NCBI RefSeq assembly: GCF_900540685.1 | Contig: NZ_UQGS01000001.1 | Direction: 5' to 3' (one strand) | DNA length: 64,000 bases | Origin: an uncultured Catenibacterium sp. | GTDB taxonomy: Bacteria; Bacillota_I; Bacilli_A; Erysipelotrichales; Coprobacillaceae | In this document: positions 39,824 through 49,055 of the stretch, one piece after another | Numbering within the stretch: position 1 is the stretch's first letter | How the letters are laid out: each line of letters starts with the position of its first letter | The notes under the pieces: generated by a model | The model's database searches: none | What the model was told of the DNA's origin: nothing | Seen by the model: the letters and a program-made list of their open reading frames with translations, nothing else | Made by a program: the position numbers and the translations under genes

Positions 39824-39852
39824 TTGACATGACTATTTTCTCTCCGTATAAT
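39824..39852 (+). promoter_or_regulatory. Sigma-A promoter of the amt-glnK fusion gene
   Basis: TTGACA (39824-39829), 17 nt, TATAAT (39847-39852). Both hexamers are consensus. RBS AAGGGGGAG 6 nt before the ATG at 39904. Confidence 0.55.
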
Positions 39853-39903
39853 GCAGTCATACCAGAAAGGTAAAAACATAAACATGTTAAAGGGGGAGTG
39901 CTT

Positions 39904-41595
39904 ATGGCAAAGGTTTTAACTGAGGTTTTTGGTATATGGTACTTAATTGGTGCCGCATTTGTATTCTTTATGCAGGCTGGCTTCGCAATGGTAGAAGCTG
40001 GATTCACACGTGCTAAGAATGCAGGAAATATCATCATGAAGAACTTGATGGATTTCTGTTTAGGAACTGTTGCTTTTCTTATTGTAGGTTATAGCTTCTT
40101 ATGTGGGAGTGATGTAGCTAACGGATTTATTGGATGGGTTGGTTTTGGAAATGGTCCATTAACTAACTTTGCATCTACTGATTGGTCTAGTTTCGTATTT
40201 AACTTAGTGTTCTGTGCAACTGCAGCAACTATCGTATCTGGAGCTATGGCAGAAAGAACTAAGTTCTTAAGTTATTGTATTTATTCTTTCGTTATTTCAT
40301 TAATTGTTTATCCTATTGAAGCCCATTGGGTTTGGGGACCAAATGGCTGGTTAGCCGCAATGGGATTCCATGATTTTGCAGGTAGTGCAGTTATTCACTA
40401 CGTTGGTGGTTTAACTGCTTTAATTGGGGCTAAGCTTCTTGGTCCTCGTATTGGTAAGTTTAATAAAGATGGATCACCAAACGGTATTCCTGGTCATAGT
40501 TTAACTATTGGTGCTTTAGGTGTATTTATTCTTTGGTTTGGTTGGTATGGATTCAACGGTGCTGCTGCTAAGAACGGTACACAGCTCGCTACAATCTTTG
40601 CAACTACTACAGTTGCACCAGCACTTGCAACATGTACTGTTATGATCTTTACTTGGTTAAAGTATGGTAAACCTGATGTCGCTATGAGCTTAAACGGTTC
40701 ACTTGCAGGTTTAGTTGCCATTACTGCTGGTTGTGATGCAGTTAACGTAATGGGTGCTTGTATTATTGGTATTTTATCTGGATTTACTGTTTGTTTCTTT
40801 ACTTGGTTATTAGATTATAAATTACATATCGATGATCCAGTTGGTGCTGTTGCTGTTCATTTTGGTAATGGTTTACTTGGTACTATCTGTGTTGGATTAT
40901 TTGCCTGCGGTACTGACACAATGCCTAAGGCTCAGGGTCTATTCTACGGAGGAGGCTTTAAGTTATTAGGTACTCAGTTACTTGGCTTATTATGTATTGG
41001 TGTTTGGACTGCTGTATTAATGACTATTACATTCGTAGTTATTAATCATACTGTTGGTCTTAGAGTTACTGAAGAAGAAGAAATCACTGGTCTTGATAAG
41101 CTTGAACATGGTTTAGAGAGTGCTTATGCAGGTTTCGCATTAGAAACAGAAACTTATACTGGTGCTACTGCTGCAACTGTTTCTGCTCCTGAATTAAGTA
41201 TTACAGAAGCTGTTCCTACTGTTGCAGTCAATGGAGAAGGTAAGATCAGTAAGATTGTAATTATTGCGAAAGCAGAAAAGATGGATGCCTTAAAGGTAGC
41301 TATGAACGATATTGGAGTTGCTGGTATGACAGTGACAAGAGTATCTGGCTGTGGTGTTCAGAAAGGACAGACTGCTTATTATAGAGGTGCTAAGGTTGAT
41401 ATCCAGTTATTGCCTAAGGTAAAGGCTGAAATTGTTGTGTCTAGCATTCCTGTACAGACAGTTGTAGATGCAGCAAGAAGTGTTCTATACACTGGTCATA
41501 TGGGTGATGGTAAGATCTTTATCTATAATGTAGAGAATGTCGTTAGAATCTCTTCTGGTGAACAGGGTGCTGAAGCCTTAAGCTATGAAGACTAA
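39904..41595 (+). CDS. amt: Ammonium transporter fused to a C-terminal P-II (GlnK/GlnB-like) domain
   Basis: The Amt/MEP/Rh channel occupies the first ~420 aa. A linker is followed by a ~110 aa P-II domain (KISKIVIIAKAEKMDALKVAMNDIGVAGMTVTRVSGCG...). The start is set at ATG 39904 (MAKVL) rather than the track's GTG at 39898. Confidence 0.8.
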   Translation: MAKVLTEVFGIWYLIGAAFVFFMQAGFAMVEAGFTRAKNAGNIIMKNLMDFCLGTVAFLIVGYSFLCGSDVANGFIGWVGFGNGPLTNFASTDWSSFVFNLVFCATAATIVSGAMAERTKFLSYCIYSFVISLIVYPIEAHWVWGPNGWLAAMGFHDFAGSAVIHYVGGLTALIGAKLLGPRIGKFNKDGSPNGIPGHSLTIGALGVFILWFGWYGFNGAAAKNGTQLATIFATTTVAPALATCTVMIFTWLKYGKPDVAMSLNGSLAGLVAITAGCDAVNVMGACIIGILSGFTVCFFTWLLDYKLHIDDPVGAVAVHFGNGLLGTICVGLFACGTDTMPKAQGLFYGGGFKLLGTQLLGLLCIGVWTAVLMTITFVVINHTVGLRVTEEEEITGLDKLEHGLESAYAGFALETETYTGATAATVSAPELSITEAVPTVAVNGEGKISKIVIIAKAEKMDALKVAMNDIGVAGMTVTRVSGCGVQKGQTAYYRGAKVDIQLLPKVKAEIVVSSIPVQTVVDAARSVLYTGHMGDGKIFIYNVENVVRISSGEQGAEALSYED

Positions 41596-41603
41596 AGAAA
41601 GAT

Positions 41604-41633
41604 GAGACTCGATTATTCGAGCCTCATTTTTTT
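41604..41633 (+). terminator. Rho-independent terminator of amt
   Basis: gagactcg-attatt-cgagcctc hairpin followed by T7. Confidence 0.6.
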
Positions 41634-42080
41634 GACGAGTAATAAACCTATAATAAGTGAAATAATATCACTGATACATTGTGCAAGAAGAATACCCATA
41701 TAACCTAATAATGATGTAAGGACAACCATTACAACAAAGAATATCACACCCTGTCTTGATAAAGAAATAATCATTGCGCCTGTCGCATAACCTGCTGATT
41801 GAAAGAGTGTTGTAAGTATCAATATAACACCTACAAAAGGTGTAGAGATAGATAAGCATCTCAACATTGTACTTCCCTGTGAGACAATTGTTTGATCCTT
41901 CATGAAACATGACATGATAGAAGGTGTAAAGAGACATAATACAAGTGTCATAATACAGGCAAAGGATATAATGACTAAAGCATCAAAGCGTAAAACTTCT
42001 TTAAGTCTCTTTTTATTGTGTGCTCCAATACAATATCCAATGAGTGGCTGTGCACCAAAGGCAAAGCCAACAAGAACCAT
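41613..42080 (-). pseudogene. C-terminal fragment (~150 aa, last ~5 TM helices) of a MATE efflux transporter
   Basis: Only the C-terminal third of a MATE protein is present. The 5' boundary coincides with the 3' end of the SLH-protein ORF. Confidence 0.5.
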
Positions 42081-43740
42081 CTAAAGTTTGCTGGTCAATT
42101 GCGCCTTCTGAATCACCTACGTAAATTCCTGCTTCCAAATTTGCATCAGGATTTAATGTAAACATAACATTTTTGCATATAGGTTTTCTCATACCTAATT
42201 GAAAATTTACGATTGCATCAGCTGTTATTTTTAAGTCAAGTGATCCTTTTATTTTTATATGATCTGAACCAGGAATTTCAACCTCAAAAGGAAATTTTCC
42301 ATAGTTAGGAGTTGATATACTTCTTCCCTCAAGAGCACTCATACGGACTCCCTCTGCTGGTTCAAATTTTGAAACATCAGCATGAAGTTTTCCTTGCATA
42401 TTCATACTCTTGATTGCTTCTTCCCTCTTAGGTTCAGTTGTACTTAAAACAATTTTGTTACCATTTTGTTGTACAGCTGTAACCTTATAACAAGCATAAT
42501 CTTTTACTGCAATTATATCTCCAACCTTAACTCCTTTTGTCTTACCGTCTGCATCCACAGTTAATGTTGTTCCATCAATTACTGCTTCTTCTTCATTTAA
42601 GACAATGACACCATCTGCATAAGTAATATCACTTTGAGGTGTATCACTCACTTTTGTTGATGAAAGTACATCTTCAACAACCTTTAATGCTTGATTTGCT
42701 AAACCACGTGTACCATTTCCCGTAGGATAAAAATGATTATCGATTAAATTAATAATACCTAAATCAACAGCTAAATATGCATTTTTTAAGTCAGTAATAT
42801 CACCTGCATCTGCGCAAGATAAATCCTCTCCTGGCTGAAAACCTAATGCTTTAACTGTTGTCACAGCAATAAATTCTCTTGAAGCAACTGTTTGAGGATG
42901 AAATTCTTGATTATTTAAATCTACAATTCCATAAGCAACTGCATAATTAATACTATCTTCTACAATTGTACCAGTTGTATCGCTAAAATAAGGTTGATCA
43001 AGAGTATCTTCAATTTTTTCATAATGCATAGCCGCTACTAAGCGATTAATCCATTCACCCCTTGAGATAGTATCTTGGTCTCCTATTTCACCATCATTTT
43101 CAATCTCATAAGAAACATCTAAACCAAATTCATAATTCTTATTGTTAAATACAACATTCTCTTTTAGCTGCATTTCTTTTTGTATATTATTTGCAGCTTT
43201 AACAGTTCCAATATTACCAACTACCATAGCTGCTGCAATGAACAAAGATAATAGTGCTCTTGCCTTTTTTGACTTAAGAACTCCAATAATAACAAAAATA
43301 CTAATAACTAGAGATACAATCCACCATCCTATTTTTGTTGAATCACCAGTTTTAGTAGCACTGTTTTGTTTATCTACTTTTTTTTGATTTCCACCATCAG
43401 CTTTAGTTTTATCATCACCTTTGATTGAAATGTTATCTTTTAAAGTTACTTTGACAGAAACCACTTTACTTTCAGAACTATTTAATGAATCAATTGTTAT
43501 ATTTTTATTTCCTTCAATATCAAATTCTGACGGAATACTGTTTTTTAAATCAATATTCTTTACAGCATGATCAGAAATATTTTTTACATCAATTTTAATT
43601 GTTGCATCTTTTTCTGACGTCTTTTCAACTACATAATTGACTTTCAAATAATCATCTTGCTTATCTAAAGCTTGCACAGGAACGATAAAAACTGACAGTG
43701 CCATCAAAAATGACAAGCAAAACGCAACTACTTTACGCAT
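42013..43740 (-). CDS. Cell-surface protein with SLH (S-layer homology) domain(s)
   Basis: Signal peptide. N-terminal beta-rich domain. Two hydrophobic segments separated by KSKKARA. Then an SLH motif (FSDTTGT...INYAVAYGIVDL...FHPQTVASREFIAVTTVKALGF). The last ~25 codons read into the MATE fragment in another frame (WLCLWCTATHWILYWSTQ), so the 3' end may be rearranged. Confidence 0.55.
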   Translation of the reverse strand: MRKVVAFCLSFLMALSVFIVPVQALDKQDDYLKVNYVVEKTSEKDATIKIDVKNISDHAVKNIDLKNSIPSEFDIEGNKNITIDSLNSSESKVVSVKVTLKDNISIKGDDKTKADGGNQKKVDKQNSATKTGDSTKIGWWIVSLVISIFVIIGVLKSKKARALLSLFIAAAMVVGNIGTVKAANNIQKEMQLKENVVFNNKNYEFGLDVSYEIENDGEIGDQDTISRGEWINRLVAAMHYEKIEDTLDQPYFSDTTGTIVEDSINYAVAYGIVDLNNQEFHPQTVASREFIAVTTVKALGFQPGEDLSCADAGDITDLKNAYLAVDLGIINLIDNHFYPTGNGTRGLANQALKVVEDVLSSTKVSDTPQSDITYADGVIVLNEEEAVIDGTTLTVDADGKTKGVKVGDIIAVKDYACYKVTAVQQNGNKIVLSTTEPKREEAIKSMNMQGKLHADVSKFEPAEGVRMSALEGRSISTPNYGKFPFEVEIPGSDHIKIKGSLDLKITADAIVNFQLGMRKPICKNVMFTLNPDANLEAGIYVGDSEGAIDQQTLDGSCWLCLWCTATHWILYWSTQ

Positions 43741-44035
43741 AATTTTCCCTTCTTCCTTTAAAATAATATTGTCTTATTAACTACAGTACTTCTTAAACTA
43801 ATAATACTATTCAATAATTATAATCCCTCCTTTATATTAATTATAAAGGAGGGATTTTCGGATTATTAGGTGTTCCAAAATGTGTGACACGCCAAGTAAT
43901 ATTATTTTTACACCAACAACATATTTAGCTTGTAATATTTTCTTAAATAACATTTTTTAACCAATAATGACATATTACAAATCAATCATAATATATTATC
44001 TATACTGTAAATAGAGAAGTATCGGAGGGAGATAA

Positions 44036-45364
44036 ATGGACAAATATACGTTTGCAAGCGTTTTAAAAGAGCATATTAGTGAATCAAAATTATCAATTGC
44101 GTCTTTATCAAGACTTTCTGATGTCAATCGAACTATGATTCAAAAATATATTTCTGGCACTCAATTACCTGCTAATCATGAAATATTAGACAAGATTCTT
44201 AATCATCTTGCTCTCACAAATTCACAGAAAGAAGAATTATCTCAACTATATAAGATAGAAAGAATAGGATTAGACACATATAAGCATCTTCTCAATTTAA
44301 ATTCTTTTATAAGTCAACTTTCAATACATAATCAAAGTCAGGCTAAGTGTCATATTCAAGTTCACTTTAATCAACCAATGACACAGGCAACTAATAAAGA
44401 AGAATTAAAAATGCTTCTCTTTTCTTTCTTGTCATCACTAGACAATGAAACTGTAGATATCATATTAAACGTGAATGATACACTCTATCCTATTATTCTT
44501 CCATTTATAAAAGAGAGAAAATTGGATACTCATATTATCTTATGTTTATCAAATCAATCTATACATTATTCAATGAATCTCTTTCAGTTAGAAAAACTAT
44601 TGCCTCTTCTAGAATCAAATCATGTGTCAGTTCATTACACATATATAGATTGTCCAACACGTTATTCTCTATATCCTTTTTCTATAAGTTCAAAAGATAA
44701 ACTCCTGTTGATCAACAATGATATATCACAAGGATTATTAATTAATCAAAGTAATAATCAAAAGGAATTCAATGATCATTTTATAAATACCAGTCTATTT
44801 GTAGAATCCTATTATAACGATATTGCTAAGCTTAATGGTCTATTAACACTATCCAATGAAAATCAAAAAGTATGCTGTTATTGTGGAGATGTGTTTCTTC
44901 TTCCTTATATAGATGAACAATTGTTAGAAAGTCACTATATAGGAAATGAGGCATATAAAGGAGAACTGTTCTATCGTTTTAAATCATTTAAGGAAAATCA
45001 ATTCCAATTATATTGTCAATCACCTATTATTACAAAACATTACCTACCTCTTGGATTGCCATCTACACTATTTAAGCCTTTTACTACTAAAGAAATTCAA
45101 TCTATCTTAATAAAAATGTTAGAAGATATTCCATACAATACAGAATTAAATCTATTAAAAAACAACATCCTTGATAAAGATGTTGTCATTATGACAGGTA
45201 CAACAGGGTCATTCATTTCTAATCACTTATTATCTTTTACTGTATTAGAATCTACTATCAATAAAAGTTTGAATTTGCTTCCACTTCTATTCAAGGAACT
45301 TAAAGAATCTGTCTATACAAAAGAAGAAAGCATATTCTACTTACAATCATATATCAAGGAGTAA
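44036..45364 (+). CDS. HTH (XRE-like) protein with ~370-aa helical C-terminal domain, paralog 1
   Basis: 442 aa. N-terminal HTH (LSIASLSRLSDVNRTMIQKYISG). GGAGGGA RBS. RRNPP/Rgg/NprR-like architecture, but family not confirmed. Confidence 0.5.
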   Translation: MDKYTFASVLKEHISESKLSIASLSRLSDVNRTMIQKYISGTQLPANHEILDKILNHLALTNSQKEELSQLYKIERIGLDTYKHLLNLNSFISQLSIHNQSQAKCHIQVHFNQPMTQATNKEELKMLLFSFLSSLDNETVDIILNVNDTLYPIILPFIKERKLDTHIILCLSNQSIHYSMNLFQLEKLLPLLESNHVSVHYTYIDCPTRYSLYPFSISSKDKLLLINNDISQGLLINQSNNQKEFNDHFINTSLFVESYYNDIAKLNGLLTLSNENQKVCCYCGDVFLLPYIDEQLLESHYIGNEAYKGELFYRFKSFKENQFQLYCQSPIITKHYLPLGLPSTLFKPFTTKEIQSILIKMLEDIPYNTELNLLKNNILDKDVVIMTGTTGSFISNHLLSFTVLESTINKSLNLLPLLFKELKESVYTKEESIFYLQSYIKE

Positions 45365-45367
45365 CCT

Positions 45368-46789
45368 ATGTCACAATTCTCAGACTTACTTTCTATTTAT
45401 ATAAAAGAATCACCTTTTAGTATTAAAAATCTTGCAAATGAAATTCAAATAGATCGAACTATTCTCCAGAAATATATTTCTGGGAAACGTTTTCCTACTA
45501 GTTATGCTACTATTCAAAAAATAATCTCTCATCTTACTCTTACAGACCAGCAAAAGTATGATTTAAAGAAAGCATATCAAATAGAAAAGCTTGGTTTAGA
45601 CCAATACAGTTATCTCCTTAAAATTAAGTCCATTGTAGAAAATATCCACTACATTGAACCTTTATCATTTACAACAGAATATCAGTTTGACATCAATAAA
45701 TCATGTGCTTCAAATCTTGATGATTTATTGATATTTACCCAATTTATTCTTAATGATGCAAGTACAACTGATCATAAATTGCAAATCTGTTTACCTGCTT
45801 CCAACAAAATCTATGAATTAATCAATCATACTGTATGCCTTGATGGACATATATCTTTAGAACATCTTTTGTATTTAGATAACGATATATCTAATTATCA
45901 GAACATGTATAATCTAATACAGTTTGAAAATTGTTTTCCTACATTATTATCGGACCATTGTACTATCAAATATATTTATCAGCATTCAGATTCTACTTTT
46001 AACAGTCAGAATATGTATCCCTATTCTATTCATAGTCAAAATTATACGTTATTAATCAACAATAAATTAGATTCAGGAATGTTGTTGAAGGATGAAATTA
46101 ATGATTATCTTCATACTCAATTTGAACAATTATTTATGAAAGGATATCCCTATAGTTCTTATCATTATTCAGATTCGGGTTATCTACCATTTTATTCTTT
46201 TTTCAACAAAGAAATCCTTCCATTCTCTTCTCTCCAAAGAAAACCTAACATCTTATTTGTATTAGATAACGATATGTTAGAAAGACATTGTATGAGAGAT
46301 AAGGAAGAATTACTAAATGATTTAGATCATTATAGAAAGCATATAAACAGTATTCTGCTATCTGATGAATTTCATTTGTATTTTACCAAAGGTGGTTTAC
46401 TTGAATTAATACAGACTGGAGTTATTGATGATATTTCATCATCACTTATTACACCATTTGATAATGAAGAAATACAATTACTCTTACATCGATTAATGAA
46501 TATTAACAAGCACCATCATAACTTCTATCTACATCTTATTAAGGAAGACTTTAAATTTCCTGAACACTGTCTAATTGCCTATCAGGAAGATCACGAGGTC
46601 TTATTTGGTGTGAAAGGAAAGAAAGGCTACCACAGTTTTATACTGAATGAACCTACAATTAAAAGAGAAATGTTTCACTTGGATATATTAATGAATATAG
46701 AAGACATTATTTATACTGAAGAAGAAACACTACAAGTCATTGAAGAATCTATCCTACAAACACAAAGACTTAGACACCTAAATGTCTAA
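45368..46789 (+). CDS. HTH (XRE-like) protein, paralog 2
   Basis: 473 aa. The N-terminal 90 aa clearly align with paralog 1 (FSIKNLANEIQIDRTILQKYISG ... LGLDQY). Starts 4 nt after the paralog 1 stop with an AAGGAG RBS. Confidence 0.5.
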   Translation: MSQFSDLLSIYIKESPFSIKNLANEIQIDRTILQKYISGKRFPTSYATIQKIISHLTLTDQQKYDLKKAYQIEKLGLDQYSYLLKIKSIVENIHYIEPLSFTTEYQFDINKSCASNLDDLLIFTQFILNDASTTDHKLQICLPASNKIYELINHTVCLDGHISLEHLLYLDNDISNYQNMYNLIQFENCFPTLLSDHCTIKYIYQHSDSTFNSQNMYPYSIHSQNYTLLINNKLDSGMLLKDEINDYLHTQFEQLFMKGYPYSSYHYSDSGYLPFYSFFNKEILPFSSLQRKPNILFVLDNDMLERHCMRDKEELLNDLDHYRKHINSILLSDEFHLYFTKGGLLELIQTGVIDDISSSLITPFDNEEIQLLLHRLMNINKHHHNFYLHLIKEDFKFPEHCLIAYQEDHEVLFGVKGKKGYHSFILNEPTIKREMFHLDILMNIEDIIYTEEETLQVIEESILQTQRLRHLNV

Positions 46790-47323
46790 GTCTTTTAATA
46801 TGTCTTCAGATTCCACAAAATCAGGATCCATATGAGTTAAGAAATGCCACTCATCTGAATCTCTATACAAGATGGCTTCGCCATCTTCAGAACCAAAATA
46901 AGCTCTCTCTACATCATGTCCTTTAGATTCTAAGTACTCTTTAACACATCTATAGTTATGTTCTCTTTTTTCTATGTAGTCCTTCAATTCATCATTAGGA
47001 ATAGAATAAGCATCCACTCTTGTTGCTCCTTCTATCATTCCATTTCCTGGTATAGATAAGTCAGTCATCTCATTCCAATAAATATCTACCTTGCCATCAC
47101 CTGTAAACATATATGAAGTCAAAGGTACAATATGACCATTATATTTGAGTTCTACATAATCAGGTACAATAGTAGGATCAAAGTATTCATACTCAAACCC
47201 TTCTATCACTTCATAATGATAACCATGTAATTGTGATATAAACTCTCTACCTTCCTCTATTGTATGAAATAAGCCAACATTGTTACTTAACTCACCTTGA
47301 CATAGTTGTAGTATATACATCAT
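46778..47323 (-). CDS. Hypothetical protein, last gene of the WYL operon
   Basis: 181 aa, acidic, no recognisable motif. 8-bp gap after the WYL gene. Confidence 0.45.
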   Translation of the reverse strand: MMYILQLCQGELSNNVGLFHTIEEGREFISQLHGYHYEVIEGFEYEYFDPTIVPDYVELKYNGHIVPLTSYMFTGDGKVDIYWNEMTDLSIPGNGMIEGATRVDAYSIPNDELKDYIEKREHNYRCVKEYLESKGHDVERAYFGSEDGEAILYRDSDEWHFLTHMDPDFVESEDILKDLDI

Positions 47324-47330
47324 GTATCTC

Positions 47331-48359
47331 CTATTTTTTATAGTAGCTTAAGTTCTCTTCTAATCCATCAGTAATAGCTTTCTTAAGTTTCTCTGGACCT
47401 ACCACAATAATCATTGAACCAAACTGTCTAATCCAGTTCATAAGACCTGTATTAAAGATAATACCTTCTACACGTGTTTCATACCATTGATGATCATTCT
47501 CTGTTGGTGAAATAGTCTTATTAATAGTAATATCTTTCCCTAAACGTGATACAACTTCTCTAATAAGTACACCATCAAACTTAATATGTAGTGTAATTTC
47601 ATCTCCATCAAAGAAACTATTCATTGATTTCGCAAGTGACTGTTTTAATGATTCACTCATCTTTTCTTCATCATCAAAATCAAAATAATAAGTACGACTA
47701 TAATCTAACTCTCTAATACGATCAATACGGAATGTAGTCAGAGAATCCTTATGCTTATTATAATAAGCACGTAAATAGTAATGACCATCCACAATGACTG
47801 TATTATAAGGACTCACATTATAGAACTCATGATTCAATCCTGCATTCCCTTTAGTAGAATGTGTTTCTATAGGATGATCATCTTGAATAGTATAGTCTAC
47901 ATACTGGAAACGTATATCCTTCTTATTACGTATAGCGTTAGTAATTTTCTTTAAGTTCTCACGAAGTGAGTATACTTCATCTTCATCATCTTCTAATTCT
48001 GGGATGATTAAATAATTCTTCTGTTTAGCTGGAGAGAACTTTAATAGTTTATCAATAAGTTCTCTCTTATCTGCACTACTTAAGTCCTGACGATAATTCA
48101 CCATATCTATAAGTAATTGTATCTGTGCTTCATCAAAACAACCTGTTTCTATAATATAACCAAAACGTCTGACTGCTTTAATGATTTCTTTTCCAAACAT
48201 TAAAGATGTAAATGCATTAATCTGTTTAATCACTGCATATACAGCTTTTAAACCAATATCATAACCTTTTTCTTCTAATTGACGCTGTATATCTTCTGCA
48301 CTGATGCATTCTTCTGAATTCATCAATAATGAGAAGACAGCCCACATTTTTTCTCCCAT
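47331..48359 (-). CDS. HTH-WYL-WCX transcriptional regulator (BrxR/CapW-like)
   Basis: N-terminal wHTH. WYL core YYLRAYYNKHKDSLTTFRIDRIRELD. C-terminal WCX-like segment (WYETRVEGIIFNTGLMNWIRQFGSMIIVVGPEKL). Confidence 0.8.
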   Translation of the reverse strand: MGEKMWAVFSLLMNSEECISAEDIQRQLEEKGYDIGLKAVYAVIKQINAFTSLMFGKEIIKAVRRFGYIIETGCFDEAQIQLLIDMVNYRQDLSSADKRELIDKLLKFSPAKQKNYLIIPELEDDEDEVYSLRENLKKITNAIRNKKDIRFQYVDYTIQDDHPIETHSTKGNAGLNHEFYNVSPYNTVIVDGHYYLRAYYNKHKDSLTTFRIDRIRELDYSRTYYFDFDDEEKMSESLKQSLAKSMNSFFDGDEITLHIKFDGVLIREVVSRLGKDITINKTISPTENDHQWYETRVEGIIFNTGLMNWIRQFGSMIIVVGPEKLKKAITDGLEENLSYYKK

Positions 48360-48943
48360 CTTATGCCTCCTGATACCTGGTAAGATACCTTTTTACTATA
48401 ATGATCCACAAGCTGGAAATAACCAATTAAGTCATAAGATGCATAAAGATTTAAAAGTGATTCATCTGGTTCTACTTCACACTTCTGTAAGTATTCATAT
48501 GCCCCTTCTATATCTTCCTCTACTAAAGAGAAATAAGCAGCTTGTGCATAAGTAATCACTTCTTTATCTACTAATAAAGAGATAAGCGCAAGATATGAGA
48601 AAGGCATCAAATGTCTCACAATACGGTATACATCTAATGGTGATCCATTGTGCAGCATATAGTTACATAAATTCTTATTCAATGATTGAATACGTGGATG
48701 TTCTCCAAATAAGTATTCAATCATTACGAGATGATTTTCTAAACATTGCATATCATCGATTTCATAGAGCTTCTTTAAGGCAAGACCCAAGTATTTCTTT
48801 TGGTGTTCCTTAATATAACCTTCTATTTTCTTCTGATTTCTGCAAGTATCAATAAATGAATCATGATATACATCAATGACATCTAAATAGTCCTTTAATT
48901 TATTTAATGAGATTGATGTAATTTCTTTATAACTTTCTAACAT
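48323..48943 (-). CDS. Hypothetical all-alpha protein
   Basis: 206 aa. Its 3' end overlaps the WYL gene start by 37 bp, which suggests translational coupling. Confidence 0.45.
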   Translation of the reverse strand: MLESYKEITSISLNKLKDYLDVIDVYHDSFIDTCRNQKKIEGYIKEHQKKYLGLALKKLYEIDDMQCLENHLVMIEYLFGEHPRIQSLNKNLCNYMLHNGSPLDVYRIVRHLMPFSYLALISLLVDKEVITYAQAAYFSLVEEDIEGAYEYLQKCEVEPDESLLNLYASYDLIGYFQLVDHYSKKVSYQVSGGIRWEKKCGLSSHY

Positions 48944-49055
48944 ATTCTTTCCCTCCTCTTTTTTCTAACACTATTATAGCGAAGAGAAAGAATTCATGCG
49001 TTAAAGTTAAGGCTGATAACACCTATTTATAGGTGTTATGATAATTTTCTTTTTA

